A stretch of 63,553 nt of DNA, filler included, from Atractiella rhizophila (lineage: Eukaryota): the NCBI GenBank assembly GCA_021432655.1. It is 3 parts of 3 records of this genome, joined end to end, with 100 filler letters (N's around TTAATTAATTAA, not from the genome) between each part and the next. Parts side by side here need not be neighbours in the genome. Positions count along the whole stretch, not along the records: positions 1 to 21,227 come from MU271773.1; 2 more parts are not named here. One strand, given 5' to 3'. Position numbers and translations under genes: made by a program. How positions within the stretch are numbered: position 1 is the first letter of the stretch; every line of letters starts with the position of its first letter. Positions 1-12,040 of this stretch are shown in pieces. The notes below the pieces were generated by a model that saw only the letters and a list, made by a program, of their open reading frames with translations, did not search any database and was not told the origin of the DNA.

Positions 1-123
1 TTAGTTCCGTCAGTCAGAGCCTCGCAACTGGGCTGACGGGACTCACCATGGCCCTGACCCTAACTCTGTTCCCCAGCCAAATTTGACTGACAGAACAGTT
101 CCGTCACGAAGGAATAGTAGTAG

Positions 124-289
124 GCAAGGATGTACGCAGCATCAGGTTCATACCCTGGGTGCCTAAGCGGCAAGGATGTAGCCAGGATCTTGTTCCTGAC
201 AGAGGTAGGGTTGTACCCTGGGCAGCCAGGAGGCAAGGATTCAGCCTGGATCTCATTCCTGAAAGAGCCAGGGTTGAACGTTCAACCCT
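124..289. repeat. Degenerate tandem repeat (units starting GCAAGGAT at 124, 170, 233) ending in a perfect 20-bp palindrome AGGGTTGAACGTTCAACCCT (270-289); probable transposon-derived DNA
   Basis: Shared GCAAGGAT...GGATCT...TTCCTGA...AGGGTTG blocks read directly; palindrome checked by hand. Confidence 0.6.
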
Positions 290-928
290 AAAGTACCCTT
301 AGTAGTATGAAAGAGTTGTTGTGGGTGGTGATATAAGGGCTCAAAAGTACATGTGTGAGTCATGCTAATAACCCGTCGTGCTTTATATATAAGGATTCGG
401 TTGGATTCAATTACCAAAATCGGACTATTCTACTGACTGACGGAAGAGAAGAATCTGCAGCTAGAATATGTGCGACATGTAGACTTTCGCTGAGATGGTT
501 TGCGCCTGACCCCCAAGTCGTGCAGAAGGCCGCATGAGAGGTAAGGGCACTGGTTGCAAAGGTCTTTCTAGCAGCGAACTCCAAAGCGCAGGTCTCGGCT
601 GCAGCGATGGGGCGATTAACTTTCCAATTGATCGGACGCGCTGCGATGGGAACCTAGCAAAACGCAAGCGATTGGGCATCCGTTTGCAATTGTTCGCAAA
701 CTTTGATGTTCTCGCTATCTTTGGAAACGGTCACAGGCGAAACGCATCTTGTTGCTTCAAGAACACCTTGATGTCTCTAATAAAGAGGAAGACTCTTAGG
801 CATTTTGTCTCTCCAACGTCCACTGAAAACATCACCAGTCTCACTCCAAATAATTGGAAACTCAGGTAAGTGCGAGGATCAGAAGGTGTGAAGCATTAAA
901 AAGTTCATAGGCTCCAATTCACTGTAAG

Positions 929-1622
929 ATGACTATAATTCACAAACTTCCAGAAGACAACGCTTTCGGACACTCTTCCTCCGCGACCCAAAGTCCTTGG
1001 ACCTTTTGTGAATCGCAAAATAATAGTGAGGCCAACCTCGATCCTTGGAAAAACTGGAACCGCACTGTTGAGGACCAGAATCAAGGTACGACGAAAGAGC
1101 GAGAGCAGGAAGAGGCTAAGACCTTGTCTCAGAAATGTGCGTAAGCCGCTCATTATTCTGCACCACAGACAATTCCTTTGCTGACTAGCATATGTCACTA
1201 GCGAAAGAGGAGAACGAAACGGCCGCTGAAGCCTCCGAAGCAAATCCCACGTCCACAAAATCCAAAACTCGTCGAACTCGTAACGTCGCATTGTGGTTAG
1301 GTGTCGGTGTCGCCGCGGGAGCAGCTTTCTTTTCGGCCCCGGTATGGCTCCCACTGGTTGGGTGCGGGAAGGTCGCGGCTGGGGGAGCGGCGGCTGGGAA
1401 GGTTGCGGCTGGGGGAGCGGCGGCTGGGAAGGTTGCAGCTGGTGGAGCGGCGGCTGGGAAGGTAGCGGCTGGGGGAGCGGCGGCTGGAAAGGTTGCAGCT
1501 GGGGGAGCGGCGGCTGGGAAGGTAGCGGCTGGGGAGCGGCGGCTGGAAAGGTCAAGGCTGGGGGATCTGTGGCTAGAATGGTTGTAGCTGGGGGAGTGGT
1601 GGCTGCGGCTTGCAAGTTTTGA
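929..1622 (+). CDS. Two-exon Gly/Ala-rich putative membrane protein with GKVAAGGAAA repeats (loosely IFI27/ISG12-like glycine zipper); frameshift in the last repeat
   Basis: ORF 929-1144, intron GTAAGC (1141)...CTGACTAG (1188), then a hydrophobic segment VALWLGVGVAAGAAFFSAPVWLPLVG and the repeats. The sixth unit has 4 G instead of 5. Confidence 0.5.
1366..1568 (+). repeat. 30-bp coding minisatellite, 6 units plus a partial (GGRAAGGTNGCRGCTGGKGGAGCGGCGGCT)
   Basis: Units at 1366, 1396, 1426, 1456, 1486, 1516 (29 bp) and 1545 (partial); variation falls at third codon positions. Confidence 0.95.
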
Positions 1623-2084
1623 AGGATCATGGGTATTGGAGCTTCAAGCAAAAGGCTACAAGTGGGGAGGGGAACTTCTGTTCGTGTTCGGATTGGGATT
1701 GAAGGTACGAGATGGGAAGTGGAAACTCGAGGTAAATTTGGAAAGGGGAAGTGAGGAACTGCTGATAGTGTTGAGTGAGTTGAAGGGAAGAACTGCCGAC
1801 AGTGATGAGTGAGTTGAATGGAAGATCTGCCATTTGAACTTCACCGACGAGGTACCTCCTTGGAGGCGAGGTTGCGAAACCGCTGATTCATTTCGAACAA
1901 ATCAAATGGGAGTCAACTGAAGGTGCACCCATAACAACCTGCGTACTCCGGCGGAAAGCTACGAAGTGTTCCATCGAATGAACTGATCCCTCCGCCGTCC
2001 ACGTCACATTCCGAGCCCCTCAGAAATAAGTCGATCGACCCTGACTTGCAGATACGGCTGGCGGATATCAAGAAGATTAATACC

Positions 2085-2495
2085 AAAGGTCTACAAATCC
2101 TCTCGATCGACAATGGAGGCGGCTGTGCCTTCCCTTCCCTTTACCTGCTTGTGGGCACTTCGACCGGAGGATGGATTGCTTTGAGGCTTGGGAGGCTGGG
2201 GATGACTGTTTGGGAGTGTATGTACGCTTTCAATGAGATCGTAAAGGAGGTCTTCTCCCAGAAGCCGCTAGGTACAGAGGGCAACCCCCTTATTCTGACA
2301 GAGCTTTTGAACCCGTTAATCGAGAAGATCGTTGGAGATTACACCACACAGTCCGAAAGATCGATGCTCGCCAACTTGGACGACGCGAGTCTTCCAATGC
2401 TCCATCCAAACTTCGACGAGCGATGCCGCACCTTTGTCATTGCGACCTACGCCAACTCAGTAGTTCCTCTGGAGATGTGCTGTTACAGTGTTCCC
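2085..2495 (+). pseudogene. Patatin-like phospholipase fragment (N-terminal half, internally deleted)
   Basis: GLQILSIDNGGG (oxyanion motif) and GTSTGG..LGRLGMTVWEC (nucleophile elbow). The usual spacer between the motifs and the catalytic Asp region are missing. Confidence 0.8.
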
Positions 2496-3420
2496 TTCGT
2501 CGAGCGGCTGTTGGAGAAATTCGGAATGCAGAACTGCAAGGCAGTTGCAACACCGTTCGAAATTGGAGGAAAGCTGGAGCCGGCGACGGAGGAAGATAAA
2601 GAGGAAGGTGGAATCCCTGAGTCGTGGGTTGGTCGTTACCGAGAGGCAATTGGATCGCTTCTGTACCTCATGATCACGACTCGACCCGACCTCGCCTTGG
2701 CCGTCACTCAAGTCGCCCAGTTCGCCGAAAATCCCTCGTCGCTTCACTGGAAAGCCGTCAAACGAATCTTCAGATACCTACGAGGCACCTCACACTTCAA
2801 AATCACGTATCGAAGTGATGGAGAAGGACTCACAGGTTATTCCGACTCAGACTTCGCCGCCTCGTACGACCGCAAATCCATCTCAGGGATGCTGTTCACG
2901 AACGCTGGTGGCGCCGTCGTTCGGAAGAGCAAGAAGCAGTCGGTTGTCACTCTTTCGAGCACAGAAGCCGAGTATGTCGCTCTATCTGTCGCAGCTCGCG
3001 AGGCGACGTGGCTCCGCAACCTTCTCAACGACCTCGGTTTCCCTATCGACGGTCCGATCGACATCTTTGGCGACAACCTAGGCTCCCATCAGCTCGCAAA
3101 CAACCCTGTCTTTCAACAACAAACAAAACACATCAACATACCTTTCCATTACACTCGCAAATGCGTCCTCAATGAGAAGATCAGACTCCTCTACATGGAT
3201 ACGAAGGATCTCCCTGCAGATACCCTTACGAAGGGCGTTTTGAGGATGAGAATGGATAATGCGATGGAAGAGATTGGAATGAATGGAAAGTAGGATGCAA
3301 GCGGGAGTTTGATGGGGCTATGGGAGCATAAACACACCCTCCTTTCTCTTGCTGGTGCAAAGTCATATTCTCTTGGTTCCTTTTTCTTATTACTCAGCTT
3401 TTATACAATAAAATAACTTC
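2496..3420 (+). mobile_element. Ty1/copia LTR retrotransposon 3' fragment (RT C-terminus + RNase H, PPT-like tract, degenerate LTR)
   Basis: YREAIGSLLYL, TRPDLA, GYSDSDFA, SSTEAEYVA, DNLG, TKHINIPFH and ADTLTK motifs; stop at 3293 followed by AAGCGGGAG. Confidence 0.92.
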
Positions 3421-3421
3421 C

Positions 3422-3543
3422 CCTGCAAGTGTGAGACCCAGAGTTTTGATTGGTCTCACACCTTGCAGGTATGTATTTCATTCTCATATGGAACATACAA
3501 TAAGAGAGTTTTGATTGGTCTCACACCTTGCAGCACCTTGCAG
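3422..3543. repeat. 17-bp-stem hairpin (3422-3469), a 29-bp direct duplication (3440-3468 / 3505-3533) and a 10-bp tandem duplication (3534-3543)
   Basis: CCTGCAAGTGTGAGACC vs GGTCTCACACCTTGCAGG (one bulge); AGAGTTTTGATTGGTCTCACACCTTGCAG occurs twice. Confidence 0.85.
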
Positions 3544-3693
3544 TCCCGCTCGCCCCACCACTCGTAATCTTTATCACTCGCAGTGTCTAATGTTCCCCAA
3601 TCACGTATCAGCGAATGAGAGATGAGCATTTCAAGGGAGGAATGAAAATGTGGCAGAAAATTTGGTGGGATCACATGACGATGCTCCCTCCAG

Positions 3694-6409
3694 CTACGGC
3701 TTCCCGAAGCTCTTCTTCCGCTTTTGCAACGCGTCTATCATGCTTTTGAGGATCTTGCTAACATCGGCCTTCGGCGCACCAGCTTCACGATGTCTGCCTT
3801 CTGTCACATTGAGCCGAAGTGGTTGAGATACTTCCCAGAGTAGCGATAATACCTTCTTTCTGTCCCATCTCCATTCGACGTCGTAGCTACCTAGAAGCAC
3901 AGAGACGTCCGTGTTGAAGTCTCTTTGTGGAAGTTCAGAGCTGAGGAGATTACGTTTATTCACGAGGGCAGTTTGAGGATTGCCCTCCCAATCAGCGAGT
4001 GGATAGGAACCCTTAAGACGAAGTGGTTCGACACCGAAGATGAAAGAAGGTTCCTTGTTATCATAGATCCTCCCAGAGCCTTGCGCCATGGACGTCTCCA
4101 TAGTGGTCTGCAAAATTCGCTTTCTGAACGGTCCGATTTGTCCAGTCTTCTGGGGGACGAAATGGCAGAAAAAGTAAAATATGCAGAAAAGGACGGATTC
4201 GACGTCGTCAATAATAGTCTGTCGGTGTAAAGGTCGCACAGATTTTGGTGGTGGTGGGGGACACTTCATACCAGAGGATTCGCCGCTTTCCTCTACCACG
4301 TCGTCTTCACCCATGATGTCGTCCTCTTCGTTCGTGACGCTGACATTATCTATGACTGTATCTTTGCCATCGTTATCGTTATTGACATCGTCCATGATCG
4401 TGTCGTCATCACCAACCTCGTCGTTGCCTGTGTTGTACATGATGTCCCGGATTGCCTGCAGTGCACGTCGAGACAGAAAAATAAACGTTCCCTTGCGAAA
4501 CATGAGGAAAACCCTATTAACGTCGGATATTACTCACGGAGATCTCAACATGATGCTTTTTGTTACCGTCCTGTGTACCCTTACCAGAGCCAGTGTCCCC
4601 CGACTTGGGCATTTCGATTGAGAAATCAAAATCGTTTAACCAACCGAGAGTCGTGCCAGTTTCTTTTTGCCCAGGCGTCCATTCCCGCATGAAAATATTC
4701 GCATAGGAGACATCACGATGGGCGAAGTTGTGATCATTCAGAGTTGCTAACTCTGTAAGAAATCATCAGATACCGAGGTCACGGGTTAAGCGAAGGACTC
4801 ACGCCTGAGAACGCCAATGAAAGTATCCAGGACCTCCTCAAGGTTCGTTGCTGCTCCAAGAGGAAGGCCGATGGTAGAGTGTAAAATTAGAACAGGAACT
4901 AGCTCCTTCATCTGAATCTGCGGCTGTTTCTTCTTGTCCCAAAAAGCATATTCCTCGAATATCTTGCTCGTCGAGAACTGGGGAAATGAAAGCAGGACAC
5001 GGGGAGCGTGTTCGAGCCAGTCCCAGTATTGGCCCTGGCGATCCAGAGAACCTTCCTCGAGTTTCCTTCTCCACTCCTCAAAGCGCTTGACGGTCTTCTT
5101 CATCCTTCCGAGAAGAGTTTTGTCGAGCCATACATGCTTGATGACCCCGTATCCCTTCCCATCTAAAAATCTGCACGCCCAAACCTGTGTCCCGCTCCCC
5201 GTGATTGAGTACTTTTGGAATAGCCCCTCTGCCACGACGTTGGAGCGGAACCCGGTTCCCGTAACTTGGCAGCCGCTCAAACGTCCTTTCAGATCCAGTT
5301 TGAATCCCAGTTGTGCGGACGGTGGCAGGTTCGTTAGGGATGCTGACGGGGACATGGTTGATCCTGCGATCGAAAGTGACTCCTCAGAGGCTTGCGACGG
5401 TGATTCCTCAGAGGCTTGCGACGGTGATTCCTCAGAGGTTTGCGACGGTGACTCCTCAGAGGTTTGCGAAGGTGACTCCTCAGAGGTTTGCGACGGTGAT
5501 TCCTCAGAGGAAGATTCAGTCGGCGACACTTGAGAGGACTCCGCCGGGAGGTCCCAATTAAAAATCAACGTGCCGTCGTGATCGAAGATGTCGAGAAACC
5601 CGGTCTCCTTCTCGTCTCCTTTCACAAGGGTTTCCAAGTCCTCTAAAAACTCCTTAAAGTTCTTCTTCAGGTTCTGCATCTGGGATTGCCATCTGCCTCC
5701 ACGAGCATTAATGATCCAGCAGTACTTCTTGTTGTTGAGAGGTCCCTCGAGTAAAAGACCCCAGAAAAAAAGGCGAGGTCTCGCTGCCAGCGGATAGACG
5801 GCGCCACGGCCCAGCTGCCTTTTCCCCTTCGCGGCTTGGCTCTTTCGTCCAGTCTTTACTTCCACGCCACAAGCTGCGCTGGAGTACGCAGGTTTTGCCT
5901 CGAACTTGCAGGACGTCACCATTCCATCCATGTTGAGGGAATCCTTTTGGGTGACGTTGCCCCATAACTGCAACGATTCGTCCACTACGTGATATCTGAG
6001 TACCGAATTCGGCAAAACTTCCTGAAGACTTCGTCATGCTCTCTATCTTAAGAAATGGGGCAAGTTCACTTCAAGTTACCTCGTACATGCGCTTCATAAA
6101 GTCTTCGAGCGTCTGTTCATCCTCCCAATCCTCCTCACGAAACCTCTTCAATTCTTCGGAGAGCTGGGTATAGCTACCATTGAGCACCTTGGGGCGCAGA
6201 CCAGGGACTAGGATGGGAGGAGGTTCAGCCTGGACGCGACTATCGAACTGCAGATAGCGTGCTACGCGCTGAAAGATGCGAATCCGCTTGTTTGATGTGA
6301 ACCCAGACTCATCTGCCTTCCTCTTGTTAGAAGGAGTCGCGGGAGGCGCAGTCGTGACAAAAGTAGGAATCGGAGTGGTGTCTCTTTGTCCAGTGCCACC
6401 TTCTTCCAT
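3694..6409 (-). CDS. Fungal-type protein kinase (FunK1 / Pkinase_fungal), multi-exon
   Basis: Spliced reading gives VIKHVW, HRDVSYANIF (~4695-4720), LNDFDFS, GTFIFLS and DDVESVLF; GTGAGT donors near 4802 and 4538. Confidence 0.85.
5376..5510 (-). repeat. 24-bp coding tandem repeat (SEESPSQT/A, about 5 units) inside the kinase
   Basis: TCCTCAGAGG[CT]TTGCGA[CA]GGTGA[TC] units are visible on the + strand. Confidence 0.9.
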
Positions 6410-7668
6410 GCTGAGAGTTCCACTTGCCAGGTTGACTGCAATGTTGGTGGGATGAGTTGAGATGATTGATTACTAAGCTTGGCGACAAGCCTCCTCGCGC
6501 AACGGTGACTAGGTCCCTGATTACTCTGAGTATCCGCCGCGACGCGAAGCAATCTGATCTGATGGAGTCGCCATATCCACCATAGCAGACCTCCTCGATC
6601 GCAATGTCCTTCCTTTGGAAACTCGACTCAGGGAAATCCCAGACCCGACTCCAACCGCTAGCCCCGAAAACTTCAGAGCGGAGCTGCGAGACTTCGTCCC
6701 TATCACCTCCCCATCGACCCGCTTCCTCGAGGGCGTTTGCGACGCCACAGACCGTATCTTGGGACCCGAATTCGCCTGAGATCAACCTCAAACGTCTTTC
6801 CAGTTCACTTGCGCGCTATCGCTCGAAACCCTGTCGGAGACGAAAGCATCACGAATACTCAGGCTTTCGCCTCTTGGCGGCTTGCTGTCACGGATGCTTT
6901 CGAAGAAGCGACCAACCTGATCCTAGAATTTGAACGTGACACACCAATCAAGGTACTTGCACCGTCAGCAGGTTCTCGGTCGATCAGTGCACCAAGTTTC
7001 AAGGCGAACTCAAAGGCCAATGCGTTTCTACCAACCTTGGAGATCTCATTGTTACTATGGGCAAGAGCGACGACGGATATGGCACTAACTTGTATCGTGC
7101 AGGAGACGAAGCTGGAGCTCGTTCAATAGGCAAAAAAGTTCGTCCAGCCGTCTCCCTCATTATCCTAACAATTCCCAAGCTAGGGAAAAGATGTCCGTAA
7201 ATAACGCGACCTTAGGCATACTCTTAGGTGGAACGTCCTTCATCTTTTTCCAGCGAGTCATCACATCCGATCGATCCTACCTATTGTGTTCCGATAGGTA
7301 CACGTCGTCGGTTCTCGAGTTATCAAAATGATCGCTGGCAGTGTTTGGAGGATGCAATCCTCCTTCTACCTTCCGATCACCATCCCCTCTAGATTCAAGT
7401 CTCTTCGTCGGCACCTCAAATTCCACCTGCTACGAACTCTCTTTCTGGGCCGCCGGGACAAGGAAAGGACGCACAGATATCAAACAACGAAACCTGGCCA
7501 CAGCGGTAAGTGATCTCGTTCGGTGGTCGGTACGATCGCTAATCGTTGCCTTCCAGCCTGGTGCGTAACGCTAACCGGTCCGCCCAGTCGGCACGATTGT
7601 CAGTCCCTCTCATCTAGCTGCCCGCCATTGATGTCCACCTCTAGTCGAAGCTCTGGGGGGAGAAGCGA

Positions 7669-7800
7669 TTGGAAGTCGCTGAAGCCCTTGGGTGGGGAGG
7701 ATTCGCGACGGTTATCGAAGTAACCTTAGGCAGCGAGAAGTTCGTGGTCAAGTACTACAATGGTTTGAGAAAGGATGAAAGATCGAAGCCTGACCGATAT
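7669..7800 (+). pseudogene. Protein kinase N-lobe remnant
   Basis: LGWGGFATV...KFVVKYY matches the Gly-rich loop and beta3 Lys; no recognisable downstream catalytic motifs. Confidence 0.45.
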
Positions 7801-8160
7801 GGATTGCTTTCGACAAGAACTCGCAGCATGCAAGCGACTTTCGGACCTACAAGAGGAGTATATTCCGAAAGTTTATGGAAGCTAAGAAGAAGTGGAGGAA
7901 GTTTCGGCATCATTCTGATGAAAATACTTAAAGGTGCGTTCGAGCAGGGGTCGAGAAGATGTCATTTCTATCGAGGTAGGTTGTAACTGATCGGTTGACG
8001 TACATTTTATTTCGCTTTCTGGGGTAAAGCCCTGGTGGCGTTGAAGAAAGGGCACGAATTCGGCGTCGTCCAATATCCCTTCTTCAATCCTGTTTCAATC
8101 TCCAGCCCTCATTAACCTCATTCGTCATAACAGGCCTTGATCAAACCGAGCGTTCCTCTT

Positions 8161-8229
8161 AGTTCTCCTGCCTCTTCTAGAATTCTCCTGCCTCTTCTAG
8201 AATTCTCCTGCCTCTTCTAGAATTCTCCC
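8161..8229. repeat. 20-bp tandem repeat x3.5 (AATTCTCCTGCCTCTTCTAG)
   Basis: Read directly; no spacers between units. Confidence 0.95.
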
Positions 8230-9639
8230 AGTAAGCCCTTAAAAACAACAACATGCCACTTCATGGGCCGCGAAAGAGGTTTATTCCTACCCACTGTAGC
8301 CCAACTTCGTAGTCCAATCCTTCGACCGATCATTCTTTTCAAACGGTTAACACTCAATTTCAGTATCGTCTTGTCAATTTTGGGACGGTCGTAGTGCCAA
8401 GGTTCGACGATTGAGCAATACTCAAGACACAGCAACGCAACCATACGATCACGATTTGAACACGGCGGCACGCGTTCCAATCAACGTCCAGTGCCTACTA
8501 CAAGCATTACTACACCGGAATTAGACAAGAATCTTGAAGGGGACCCTGTTCCGGTTAGGATCATCTTACAGAAATCTCTGGAAGCGAGCATCACCAACGT
8601 AAGCAGCTTCAAGCTCTTGCGGAGCCCATCGGTAGCCTTGATGGTTTCCAGGCCTAATGTGCGCTCAATCCCAGATTTCATCTGTTACTCGAACCGAGCA
8701 TCATCCAATCCGTTCCCCACTCCAATGGCTTCATCCGCCCCCTCCGTAGGCACACGCAGGGCCAGCTCACCATCCGCGCCGCTGTTCCACGAAGCGCCTC
8801 ACAAAGTGTCCCCTAGGCGTTCCCCAAGGGAGTGGGTGTTTTCCAAAGAGATAATCATCCCCAGTACATGCTGGTGGCCCACGCCTCGATCAGCCCCATC
8901 CGTCGGTGCTGAAGGGGCAGGAGATGATGAGACTCCAATACCGCCTTGCAACTTCCTCATGGCCGCCGTCCGCACCACTTAACCCTAAACCCATGGCGCC
9001 TTCTCCCATCCCGGCGACCGGCGGCAATCTGACCTTGGGGAGCACTCCTGCCAATGCACCCTTCCCGCTGATGGTTATCCAGAGTTTGCACAACTCCCAG
9101 TCCCCACAAGCCACTTAAACGACCAGCAGCAGTTCAACCCACATGCTAACCCTATATCGTGGAAAGGAACCCGCGGAACCCAGGATATCCGAACGTCTCC
9201 TTCGCGCAAACAGTCCTCGTACCTGCAATTGGAAACAGGGATTTCCCCCGTTCCTCTTTCGCCCAACCACCCCGCCTCCCCAGTGACAGCCGCTGCCCAT
9301 GTCAAGAAAGTTCTCCCGCAAAAAAATGTCGTTGTCACCGAACAATTGGACCAAGCTTGTAAGGACAGCGTCCTCCAGCTCTTCCCAGTACCTCTCCTCC
9401 TCAACCCGCCCAAGTTCGCCTCCTCAATTCGAGACGACGTCAAGACCAATCTACGCCTTTAGGCGGAAACGAGATGCTGAGAGCTAACAATGCGGTCCTT
9501 CCTGGTGTCACCATTGAGTATCTCACTTCAATCCTTGTTCAGTTCTCGATTAAGCATCCTGCAGTGGAGAAAGCGTCAAGGTTATGATGTGACTCCATCA
9601 CAAATGGGACACATGGCAAAAGCCTCATTAGTCATACGA

Positions 9640-11580
9640 TGGCTCAGGTTAAGAGGGCTGTGAAGGCGATCGTCGAGGATGGCTCCTGCGTGGCGAATCA
9701 GATGAAAATGAAGATGCAAGAACAACCTCTGGATCACCGCTACCATCGCTTTTCCGTCCATACGGTGGGAAGCATCAAGTGGGAGGAGTGGGAGCGAACT
9801 CAGGTCGTGGTCAGCCATACGAAGGCGTATATGGACGTGATGAGTCATAAAGCACGTCATGCTGCTGACCATCTCGTACAAGGTATGAAATCTCACCTCC
9901 CGTTTCGCTACTATGTTGATGTTCTGACAATGTGCAGTGAACAGATTGCAGTTCGTCGATGGTTTCTGTTGCCGCCTCCAGGATCTTGCTTTGGGCGAGA
10001 GGCTGAGATCGAACTTGTGAGAGAAGCTGTCCTTAGAGGTCGTCATGTCGCGATTGTTGGTGGAGCTGGAAACGGAAAATCCGCTGTTGCACTCGACACA
10101 TTGTAAGCAGAGGAGATGAACCAGGCCTTCGCAGGCACCGAGAAGATCTCCGCTTTTGGGGTTCGCTGCGACAACTCTGACAACTTTGCCAGGTTTTGGT
10201 TTTCGGATCACGTTTGCATCGATATCTCCACGCTGTCCCAGTCCAGACCTCACCGCCACCTACTTCGGAAGCCGAATATGCCGTCTTGGTTTTGGATAAT
10301 GTTGAAACCCCCCTGCTTGCTGACAACGACAAAAAGCAACACTTTTTCGAACACCACTTCGTGTAACTCATTCGGGCCACTGCTTCTCGTGGTTCATCGG
10401 GGAGATCGAGCGGAATCTTCAGGTGTGACATGGAAGGCGGGCATGAAGTTTGTAGTTGGTAGTTTGGGGAATACAGTGCGCTGGAAGTCTTTGAAGATTC
10501 ATATCAGGGAGAAGATGAGTCCTCACGACCGCTTCGCCAGCCGGACTTCCACGCTCTATCCAATAAACTATTCGCTTTGCGTGCCAACGAGGATTCAACC
10601 ATGACCCTCGAGCAACTGACAAATGGAAGGACAAAAAGACATGTGTAGCTTTTTATGGGATGAAATAGAAAAGAGGCAATCACCTCCAATACCTCTATAT
10701 CGTTCTCGCTCGATTCTCCAACCCTCACAAGCAGTGGGAGTGCCGTCTTTGCGCTTGCACTACTGTGATGTCACGGTCTGACTCAACGATCTCTCAGAAG
10801 TCATTTCCAGCTCCTATGAATCGCAGGATATCTTCCAGCCCATTGCTGTTATTTCAAAGATTGGACTTGTCAATGACATCAAACGTACTCTTTGTATGCT
10901 CGCTCCCATTCGTGGATACCTCTTGTCTCTAATTCCAAACCGCCATTTTCCATGAGTAGTGCTCTATCACTTCAGCCGCTTGTGAACCATCTCATGGTAA
11001 ATGCAGAGAAAACCGTCCAGGTCACTATGCACTGCATCCCTTCCGTAGACAAAATGCGAACCTTGAACATGTCCTTCTCACAAACATGTTGCACCTACAC
11101 ACCCTTACCAATCCTTCAGCGCTTGGAGAAAATAGGTGAGTTCCTAGGCCTGAACATCGGCTCCTAACTTCACTCTTCCAACAGGTTATGCCTGTTGTGG
11201 ATACGACCCTCGGAATGCCACTTTCTGCCGGTCACACATAGTCTAGTTCGTTAGAACTGAAGGTTTCGTTCACAATGATCCTTGGCCCCTGATTTCTTGA
11301 GCATGGCGAGAACGAGAGTGGGCTGGCGAAGTTCAAGGAGGCGAAGGATCTCTACACGGAAATCGGAGATCGTCAGGGTCAGGAGGATCGTTGCATCCGC
11401 AAGGTCGAGATATTGATTTTCGATGTGCACGGAACGAGGACGCTATGAAGGTGTTCGAGGAGGCGAAGCACCTCTATATGGAGCTAGGAGATCGACTCAG
11501 TCAATCCAACTCCTTCATCATCTTCGCTGTTTATAGAGGGCGGAAAGAGGACGATCTGAAGGCGAGATAATCTGTTCTAC
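9640..11580 (+). pseudogene. Decayed fungal NLR-like STAND ATPase (NB-ARC-like) with C-terminal TPR repeats
   Basis: PPPGSCFGREAEIE...VAIVGGAGNGKS (Walker A, from 10059); in-frame TAA at 10104; AVLVLDNVETP (Walker B, ~10280); LLVVHRG. TPR-like AKFKEAKDLYTEIGDRQGQ and AMKVFEEAKHLYMELGDRLSQ at 11320-11510. Multiple frameshifts. Confidence 0.85.
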
Positions 11581-12040
11581 AGACGTGGGCGAAACGTTGA
11601 ATCCTTTAGAAACTTTGGATTCAATATCTCCTCATCTACCGGACATTTCGTGTCCTAATGACTATAATTTTGCTTGCAATCTCTGGGAATATAATAAAAG
11701 CATGGTTCTACGCATGATGAAGTTTCTCCAAGGATATATGAACGATTCCTGCATTTGCTTTTCCCACATCTTCAAAAATGATGGCAAGTCGACCATTTCC
11801 CAAAGCTTGGCCAATTTCCCCGGGACTTTCCATTCGATGTCCAGGAGTGGCTACTCAACCCTGCTTACGACATGACGTTATCCAACACCATCATCATCAA
11901 TCAACAACCCTAGATTACTGATTCTGATCAACAATACAACGCGATCATGTCAAATCAGGTATTGTCAACGCCTTCCCCTCAACCTTCTCCTCATCCTCAG
12001 GAACAGAAGCAGCCCTTTTCAACAGTTCCCGATCAACCCC

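Noticed and set aside
905..1651. 248-aa Pro/Gln-rich minus-strand ORF
   Set aside because: Antisense shadow of the 30-bp repeat; the intron and synonymous variation support the + strand.
8161..8229. 20-bp repeats as a CRISPR-like array
   Set aside because: Units are head-to-tail with no spacers, in a eukaryotic context without cas genes.
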